Below are positions 54,877 to 64,000 of a DNA stretch of 64,000 bases, one piece after another; position 1 is the stretch's first letter, and every line of letters starts with the position of its first letter. The translations under genes were made by a program, and so were the position numbers. The notes beneath the pieces were generated by a model. It was not told the origin of the DNA. It saw only the letters and a program-made list of their open reading frames with translations, and made no database searches. Source of the stretch: the human T2T-CHM13v2.0 reference genome, Homo sapiens; NCBI RefSeq assembly GCF_009914755.1, contig NC_060939.1; one strand, given 5' to 3'.

Positions 54877-56059
54877 CATTACCATATTGCAAAAAAAGAT
54901 TTGGTGGAAAAATACACTCAGGAAATTCTAGTTTGAAAAAAATAGAATATGCTTCTTTATTATCTGTGTTATAAAATTTAATTGTATTCTAATGTAAACT
55001 CTGAAGCACCAAATCATGCCAGTTTGCATCCCCAAAATACATAGGAAAAAAATGTTGTCAATGATAAGCTGGTTGCAGTTTAAACCAGCTGGGAAAAGAA
55101 GATGACAGAATACTCTTAGAACCACCACTTTATCCAGGTAACCACATTAAGAGAACTGCTTGGGTATGAATAGCCACCACCTCCAGGTGTAGCTCAGATG
55201 TGAGAGGTTTAGGCAAGTTAAATTATTCCACATGAGACATGAATTGGAAATGTGGAGTTGTATTTTGCTGTTGGAGACAGTGACTTGAAGACCTTCTAGA
55301 TAAAGTGAAACTGACAGTCGCAAGAGATTCCACCAAGGTGGGAGGCAGCGGTCCAAAGAGAAACATGGCCAATGTAATTCTAGGTACCCCTATTCCCAAG
55401 CCTTTGGGGAAGAAAGACAGAAGAATTATCATCCCAGAGTTCTGACCTTGAAATAAGGCCTAAGAGTTTCTTACAATTTTTTAAATAAACTGAGCTGAAA
55501 AATGTTGAGTGACTTGTTTAAATGAACACAGCCAGGGGCAGATCTAGGAAGAGAACATAGGTCTTCTGACTCCTATGCCATGCTGAACGCAGAAAGCTGA
55601 GGATGCAGAGTCTAAACATGGAGGAAGAGGTGAAGGGGCAAGTGAAAAGAAAGACTGGAGATCAAAAAAGGATATAGATGGGGCAAAGCCCAGAGGAAGG
55701 AGTTACCTACAACGTGAAAAAATTCACTTTGGAAAGTGAAGGGGATACAGCACCTCTGAGAAAAGAGAGAAGGCACTTGGAGGTAGAAAGGAGAGTGGCA
55801 TGAAAGAAATAGTTTGAGGTGGAGAGGAGGGAAGTTGAAGAAGCATGTTAAACTGTTTCTTCTTCTTAGGAAAGTGAAAAGCTGAGAGCGAGGGGGAGAA
55901 TACTTCAGATTCAGGTAGCCTAACGTGAATCCAGCTCTACCACCGGCTGTAGGTGCAACTTAAGTCAAGTAACTTTCCTCTGCTGTACGCAGGTAAAGCA
56001 TGACATGTTATAAGAAGTCAATTAAGGTGTATTATAGTTGGTGTTATAATGAAGCTCAT

Positions 56060-56320
56060 CTCGCTGATTTATTGAACAATTTATGTAGTGCTTACTATGT
56101 GCCAAGCACTGTTCAATGAGCTCTACAAACATCCTACTGAATCATCATAGCAACTCTATCAACAGGTAGCATTATCAAATCTCACTTTACAAATGAGTTT
56201 GAGGCCAGAGAGGTTACATGTCTTCTTTAAGGTAACAGATGGTACATAAATCAGATAAACATGTAAATCACTAGATGTGCTGGAAGTCAAGCGTCTTTAT
56301 CCTCAACTGAAGTCTAACCA
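56060..56320 (-). mobile_element. MIR
   Basis: atttat..gtgcttactatgtgccaagcactgttc..tctcactttacaaatgag..gaggccagagaggtta. Confidence 0.7.
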
Positions 56321-56904
56321 AATTTAAGCAGTTAATTGTGTACTCACTAGCAAAAGAACTACAGATATTAAAAGCAAATTATAATCCTCAAACTTGATAG
56401 CTAAAATTCAAAATACAAGTAGACATCTTATATTTTTAGCATTCTGTAAACAGTAAACCTCTCATAATATTATCTGTTATTCAATTTTCAGCAGTTTATG
56501 TTTCTAGAAATTTACAACGTATTAAAATAGAAGCCCCTCTTTATGGTAACACGTAAGACAATGAAGCCTTTATCTTAGGACAAGGTATATGCTCAAAACT
56601 TCTTCAAGATGTGACACCAAACTATGGTTTACCTATGTGTAAGTTTATACATGCTGGGACCTAAAGAGTTTTAGAACAATTTCAGAAAATATTAACATTT
56701 GCAATCATTATAATCCTATGTGTTTTGTCACTGTAAAGGTTACAAGCACTTTCACATACACATTATGCTATTATCATCAATTCTATGGTGAAGAACGGCC
56801 ATGGGACATTGTGGGAAGGGCACAACTTTGGAACGAGGGAAATCTGGGTTTGATGCCTCCTCTCCCTGATAGTGGCCTGCTCCTTAATCCTGAGACACTT
56901 TTAA

Positions 56905-59900
56905 AATTATTTTTTAATTGACACAGTGTAATTATACATATGTACAAGGTACAATTTGATATTTTGGTACATGCCTGCATTGTATAATGATCCAGTCAGG
57001 GTCCTCAGTGTATCCATCATGCATTTATCATTTCGTGGTGAGAATCTTCAAAAGCCTTTTTCTAGCTACTGCGTAACATGCAATAATACAGTATTTTACT
57101 ATTAACCATAGTCACCCTACTATGCAATTGGACACCAAAATTTATTCTTCCTATCTAATTTTAACTGTATACCCATTGGCTAACCTCTTCTCATTCTTTC
57201 TTTGTCTTTTTCCCCTCCCAAGTCTCTAGTAACCACTGTCCTACTCTCTGCTTGTAAGGTAATTTTTTTTAGATCACTCATGTGAGTAAGATCATATCAT
57301 ATTTGAATTTCTGTGCCTGGCTTATTTCATTTAACATGATGTCCTCCAGACTCACCTATGATGTCTAGTATTTTTCTGCATGTGGATATCCAGTTTTCCC
57401 AGCACCATTTACTGAAGAGACTATCTTTTTCCCAATGTGTGTTCATGGAATCCTTATTCAAAATCAGTCAGCTATAAAAGTGTGGATTTATTTCTGAGCT
57501 CTCTATTCTGTTCCATTGGTCCATATGTCTGTTTTTATGCCAGTACCATGTTGCTTTGGTTACTATAGCTTTGTGGTATATTTTGAAGTCAAGTAGCATA
57601 ATGGCTCCATCTTTCTTCTCTTTGCTCAAGATTGCCTTGGCTATTCAAGGTTTTTTCTGGTTCCATAAAATTTTGGGATTTTTTTCTTATTTCTATGAAG
57701 AGTGTTATTGGTATTTTGATAGGAATTGTATCTGTAGATTACTTTGGTTAGTATGGCCATTTTTAATATCAATTCTTCTAATCCACAAACATGAGTTATC
57801 TTTCCATTTATTTGTGTCCTCTTCAATTTATTTCATAAAAGTTTTGTAGTTTTCAGTGTAGAGATTTTTCACCTCCTTGGTTAAGTTTATTATCTTTTTG
57901 TATCTATAGTAACTACAATTTTTGTCTTGACTACTGGATATTTCACTCTTAGTGTGTAATAATATTACTGATTTTTCTATATTGATTTTGTGTACTGTAC
58001 TTTACTGAATTTGTTAATTAGTTTTTAGTGGGATCATTAGGGTTTTCCATGTATATGATAATGTCATCTGCCAACAGGGACAACTTGATTTTCTCCTTTT
58101 CAATTTAGATGTCTTTTTTTTATCTCCTGCCTAAGTGCTCTGGCAAGTATTTCTAGTTTTATATTGAAGAGAAGTGGTGAAAGTGAACAGGATTCTCATA
58201 TTACAGATCTTAGAAGAAAAGCTTTCAACTTTTTGCCATTCAGTATGGTGTTGTGGGTTTTGTCATATATGGCCTTTATTGTGTTGAAGTATGATCCTTC
58301 TGAAATGAGAGAAGTTCCCCCTTTTCCACTTGCAGGGTGTTCAACAGGGATGTGGCTCTCTTCTTCAGTGCCCCACTGCTCAAACCCCTAGGGGGGACAT
58401 GCAGACAGATAGTTGCAGAGGTCATGGGGAACGTTTTTGGGCTCCAACCCCAAGGCAGTGTGTAGGGGTATTTACAGCTCCTGAAGCCCGAGTTGGCATG
58501 TGTTATGGTGCACTCTTTCAGCTTTGCCATGTGCAGGCGGCTAGTGTTAATCACCTCAATTAGACCCTCTGCCTTATCGCAAGGACAGAGGGTTTTCTGT
58601 ATCCTGGGTTCTTGCCCTAGTGTACTGGAAAAAATCGGATCACATATGGGCTTGGAGAATGAGTGCAAGATTTTATTGAGTGGTAGAAGTAGCTCTCAGC
58701 AAGTTGGATGGGGAGCTAGAAGGGGGATGGAATGGAAAGATTGTCTTCCCCTGGAGTCAGGACGACCAGCAGCGGACTTTCCCCCGACTGGCCCCAGCTG
58801 AATTCCCCTCAGTGTTAGCGTTGTTCTGCCGTCACTGACCTGCCAGTGTCTGCTGGTGTCTGTCAGTGTGTTCTTCTGCTCCTCTCAACATTCAGCTGCC
58901 TGTGTCTGTGCCCGCTAGGGTCTCAGATTTTTATGGGTAAAGGATAGGGGGCATGGTGGGCCAAAAGGCAACTTTTGGGGCATGAAAACAGAGATGCCTG
59001 TCCTCATTTAGGTCCATATGCACAGGCCCAAGAATGGAGCCCTCCATAGGGATCCCGCACTTCTCTAACCAGCACTTCCCTCCCCTCCCTCCCATATCAT
59101 TTCTATCTCCAATTGATATTGAATCTTTTTGATGAAGGAATATTGAACTGTACTGAATGTTTTTTTAGCATGTGTTGAAATAATCACATGATGTTTTTCT
59201 TCCTGATAACATGGTATATCACGTTTATTAGTTTGTGTATGTTAAACCATTCTTGCATCCCTGGGATGAATCCAACTTCATCATAGTGAATAATCTTTGC
59301 AGTGTGCTATTAGATTGTTAGTGTCTTATTGAGAATTTTTACATCTATGTTCATCAATAGTGTTGATACATAGTTTTCTTTTTGTGTCATATCCCTACTT
59401 GGTTTTGAAATCAGGGTAATGCTGGACTTGTAAAATCAGTTTGGAAGTATTCCCTCCTCTTTAATTTTCTGGAATAGTTTGAGTAAAATTGGTATTAGTT
59501 CTTCTTTAAATGTTTGGTAGAATTCAGCTGTGAAGCCATCAGGTTCTGGGCTATTCTTTGATCAAAGATTTTTTATTACTGATTGAATTTTCGCACTTGT
59601 GATTGACATGTTCAGATTCCTTTTTTTCATAATTTAATTTTGGTAAGTTGTATGTGTCCAGGAATTTTTCCATTTCTTCTATTTATCAACTTTTTGACAT
59701 ACAGTTGTTTAGAATAGTCTCTAATGATTCCTTATGTTTCTGTGGTATCAGGTGTAATGTCTCTTTTTTCATCTCTGATTTTATCATTTTTTCTTAAATA
59801 TTTGTCAGTTTTATTTATCTTTTTAAAGAGCCAACTCTTTCTTGTTTTTTATTTGTTTATTTATTTTTAGTCTCTATTTCACTTATTTCTGTTCCAAGCT

Positions 59901-61270
59901 TCATGGTTTTCTTCCTTCTCTCAATTTTGGGTTTAGTCTATGCTTGTTTTTTAGTTCCTTGAAGCATATCATTAGGTCATTTATTAGAAATCTTTCTTTT
60001 TTGATGTAGGGTTTTACTGCATAATATTTCCTTTAGAACTGCTTTTGCTGTGTCCCATAGGTTTTGGTATAATATGCTTCCATTCTCATTTATCTCAAGG
60101 AAAGTTTTAATTTTCCTTTTACTTTCTTCATTGACTAATTGTTTGATTCATTGTTTGGGAGCATGTTGTTTAACTTTCATGTATTTGTACAAAGTTTCTG
60201 AAGTTTTCCTTGTTGACTTCAGTTTTATACCATTGTGGTTGGAAAAGATGTTTAATATGATCCCTATATTCCTAAATTTGTTAAGCCTTGTTTTGTGGTC
60301 TAACATATGATATATCCTGGATAAAGTCTCATGTGCAGTTTAAAAGAATATGTATTATTTAGCCATTGGACAGACTGTTCTGTTACCTTCTGTTAGGCCC
60401 ATTCATGGAACAATTTAAGTTCAACATTTCTTTGGTTTTTCGGATGATCTACTCGATGTTGAAAGTGGTACGCTGAAATCCTCTATTGTCATATGGCAGA
60501 CTATCTCTTCCTATAGGTCTCCTATTTGCTTTATATATATGCATGCTCTAGAGTTGAATGCGTATATAACTATTATATCCTTCTGTTCAATTGATACTGT
60601 TATTATTATATAATGATCTTCTTTGTCTCTTTTTATGGTAACTTAAAAGCTATTTTATCTGCGATAAGTTTGGCCACTCATGCTCACTTCTGGTTCCCAC
60701 TTGCATAGAATGTGATTTTCTATCTGTTTACTTTCAGTCTATGTTTGTCTTTAACACTGGAGTGAGTCTCTTGTAGGCAGCATATAGTTGGTTTTTTAAA
60801 AAAATCCCTTCAACCACTCTATATATTTTAAATGAGTAATTTAATCCATCAACATTCTAGGTTATTTCCAATAGTGACGGACTTATTCGTGTCATTTTGT
60901 TAAGGATTTTCTGGTTGTTTTATAGGTTCGTTGTTCCTTTTCTCCTCCTTTGTCTTTTACCTCTGTGGTTTGGTAGTTTTCTGAGTTGCTAAGCTTAGTT
61001 TGTCATTTGTTCATCTACTGTAATTTCTTTTCTTTTTGATTACCATGGAGTTAACAGAAAAAGTATTGTAGTTATAATAAACTATTTTAAGCTGGTAGCA
61101 ACTTAACTTTGGTGATATCAAAATACTCTAGACATTTTACCACCACCCCTTACAATTTATATTTTTGTGCCTTAATACTTACTTATATATTATGTGTTCC
61201 TTAGCCACTAATTGTAGCTGTTATGGTTTTTAGTCACTTTGACTGTAAGCTTCTACACTAGAGAACTGAG
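56905..61270 (-). mobile_element. L1MA5/6-like element (3'UTR and ORF2, internal deletion near 57365), interrupted by an LTR1-family LTR
   Basis: Antisense L1MA 3' end at 56905 and continuous antisense ORF2 motifs through the endonuclease region (gagtctcttgtaggcagcatatagttgg). Confidence 0.85.
58301..59099 (-). mobile_element. LTR1-family ERV1 solo LTR
   Basis: Minus strand begins tgatatgggagggaggggagggaagtgctgg; TG..CA termini; 4-bp TSD cttc/tttc; L1 is collinear on both sides. Confidence 0.8.
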
Positions 61271-62019
61271 AGATGTACATAGCACCTTTACATAAATGGA
61301 GGATTCTGACCTGACAGAGATTTTGCCAGGCCCTTGCTGCTCTCCAGCACACTTCTGTAGTTGCTCTGTTCAAAATACAGTTACTTTTTGTTTTGGTCCC
61401 CTTTTGTGGGAGGGACAAACACCACATAACTCTAGTCATTCATCTTGCTAGGGTCTCTGGCAGTGCTCCTCAAAAACTTCTGAAAATTCTCTATGGTCAA
61501 ATTTTCTCATCTCCAGAAATAAGAAATGTAACTTCACCAAGTTTTACACAATTAAAATAATGTGTGTAAAAATTTCCAGCACCATGCCTGGTTTATTTTT
61601 GGGAAAAGGGCAACCACAATCTATGGAAGCCAAGTTCCCCTTGCCTGTCTTATCCAACCCATTTTCTCTGTGTCTAGAAATTTAAAATATGGACTGAATC
61701 AATAAAAATGTGCCCAACCAAACACTCAGTGATGATAAAGCCATTGTTCACATTGTTCATGTTCTTGTGAGGGAAATAATATTACAGTCTTAAAATTTTA
61801 TTACTCATGGGAAAGAAAGTACATATTTCACACTGACTTTTCCTTATACTGTCTTGACCCCTCTAAACATCTACTTAAAATTGAGATCAAAATTCGGTTT
61901 TATTCATCAAGGCTATAGATTTGACATTTTATATGTCAAAGGCCACTGAAAATAGGCCCTCGCATCACCTCTGGGCTGCATAACCAGTACTATTTGGATA
62001 GCATCTCTAAAAATATTGA

Positions 62020-62280
62020 GGGCCATGCAATATCCTTGATTGAATCTTGGAACAGAAGAGGGACATCAGTGGAAAAACTGGTGAAGTATGAGTAAAGTCT
62101 GTAGTTTAGGTAATTGTAATGTATCACAGTTAATTTTACTTCTGACAAATGTACCAGGATTCTGCAAGATGATAAACTTAGAGGAAACTGGGTGAGAGAT
62201 GTACAGGAACTCTCTGCACTATTTTTGTAACTTATGTGTGTCTAAAATTATTTCAAAATCAAAAGTTATTTTTTAAAAAT
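62020..62280 (+). mobile_element. L1MC/ME 3' end
   Basis: gacatcagtggaaaaactggtgaa..tgacaaatgtacc..gaggaaactgggtgagagatgtacaggaactctctg..tctaaaattatttcaaaa. Confidence 0.7.
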
Positions 62281-63269
62281 CACTGAGGGGAACCAAGTTT
62301 CATATAGCTGAAGGAAGGATTTACATATATGTAAATGGGAAGAGCTAGAATGTAATCTATGGTGTTGCATTGGAAATGGAGGGAGAAGACTTTATTCGGG
62401 AACACCATGACTTGTTGATTTTAAGGTCAGATCCAGATCCTGAAAAATGACCTTGTAAGCCATAGTAGAAAGTTGGAACTTTGTCGTGAGACAACTGCTC
62501 AAAGGCTGTGATAGTTTCCCAGGTCTTTTGTCTCTACCAGCAAATCATGCAGTGCTGGGCATACTTCTAAGACCATCTGGGTCTTACCTGCAAATTAGGA
62601 ATAAGTTGGCAAGAACCACCACACTACCAGACAGAATCCTCCATGATTGAAGGTGTAGGGAGACTCCAAGTGCTGTGCCTAGCAGGAACCACAATAATAA
62701 CAAAGTGGGAACATGATCTTACCAATTACACAGAGTGGAGTAATACACAGGGTGGAGTGCAAAGTATAGATCAAGTCCATCTGATCAGGGGTTTTCTAGT
62801 AATATGAATGAGAAATGTGTACCAGTGGGCCCTAGAAGGCATCTCATAGCTAAGGGGACAGGAGAAGGCTCTTAATGAGCTGTGCAGAGCTGAACAATGC
62901 ATGAAAAATCCTCACCAGTGACTGAAGGTCACGAAGCTTGTTGGACAAGCCAAAATCTCAGACTGGGGAAACACAGAATACTTTAGACATGCAGGGACTC
63001 ATGTTCTCAACCAGGGTCCTTAATCCATCAGAGAGGCTTTCATCCTAATCCAAACTCGCCCACCCAAAGTTATTACGTGAATTCAAAGATATTTCACCTC
63101 CCTGCACCTCAGGTTGCTTCTTTTTAAACAAGGGCATTAGGCTAGTTCATCCTTGAAGTCCCTTTTAACACTGATTCTCTGTAATTCATACTAGACAGGC
63201 ACATTTGTAAGACCCTGAAAAGATGTGTCCATAATACTTACACTTGGAGATACCAGCCACTTTTTTAGC

Positions 63270-63450
63270 ACTTTACTTGCCCTAATTTAATGTGCACATG
63301 ACCCTATGTAACTGCTACTTTATTATCTCCATTTGATAGATAAGCAAGGCAGAGTGAGATTAAAGAACATTCCCAAAGTTACACTGCTAGTGAGTCAAGG
63401 AACCAAGATATGACCATCAGCAGACTCAAGATGGTGAAAAGCGCTCAGAT
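63270..63450 (-). mobile_element. MIR
   Basis: tattatctccatttgatagataagcaaggcagagtgagattaaag..cccaaagttacactgctagtgag. Confidence 0.6.
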
Positions 63451-64000
63451 TCAATGTAAATTTCAAAGGTGGTCTTAACTGGACTTGCTGTTGGAGTGGA
63501 TATGGAGAATGAGAGAAAGGTAATACAGATGATGAACTCCACCTCCCCTTCTTGACCTTGCTCCTGCAAATATCTTTTTGGGACGATATGCCCCAAGGCA
63601 GCACATTCACAATGAGGAAGCAGCTGTTCTTTAACTTTTCCTTTGTGAGCAAGGCAGAATATATAATTCCTCATTTCCTTCTCCAAATAAAGTAAACATG
63701 TAGCAAAGGGCTAGGCATACCAACTGCCTACTTTAGCAGAGGACTCAGTTTCATCACAATGGGCATTTCCATCTGTGTAGAACTCAATATTTGCAAAGCT
63801 TGCCTGTGGCTGTCAGATTAGGGCCTGGCTTTCCCCTGATGTACAAATATGAAGCACATGTAAGAGAGGTATGTATCCTTTCAGCATTGAACAAGTCATA
63901 CTAGAACATAAAACAGCCCTTACTCTTACAAAAGTGTCTTATTTGTTGCTTTTCAATATTCTAAAAAAAAAAAAAGATTAAAAATCTAGATGATGAGTCT

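Noticed and set aside
58276-58801. 102-130 aa ORFs
   Set aside because: Inside an LTR1-family solo LTR.
61920-61940. 8-bp inverted repeat tttgacat..atgtcaaa
   Set aside because: Too short to be significant in 64 kb of AT-rich DNA.
63395-63686. Two ~85-aa minus ORFs (..HCECAALGHIVPKRYLQEQG..)
   Set aside because: No recognisable family or splice structure, and they partly overlap a MIR.

Overview
AT-rich, repeat-dominated primate genomic DNA. An SVA element places it in a hominoid (human or ape) genome. I find no recognisable protein-coding gene, RNA gene or CpG-island promoter, so it is probably intergenic or deep intronic. Nearly all long ORFs in the track come from L1, SVA, Alu, MaLR/ERV or Tigger sequence. 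The window holds many L1 fragments, four Alus plus a FLAM, one full-length old SVA, a two-LTR MST (MaLR) provirus nested in an MLT1A LTR, several solo LTRs, DNA-transposon fossils and MIR/L2 remnants. The most notable observations are structural: a four-layer nest at 13.8-20.9 kb containing a twin-primed L1 that lacks its 3' end, a perfect 21-bp-arm hairpin at an L1 deletion junction, an SVA with a doubled TSD-like tail, a patchwork junction at 34 kb, a probable Tigger-like transposase relic at 23.8 kb, and candidate minus-strand non-coding exons. I see no convincing evidence for a new biological system. Repeat subfamily names come from recalled consensus features and need RepeatMasker/Dfam confirmation.
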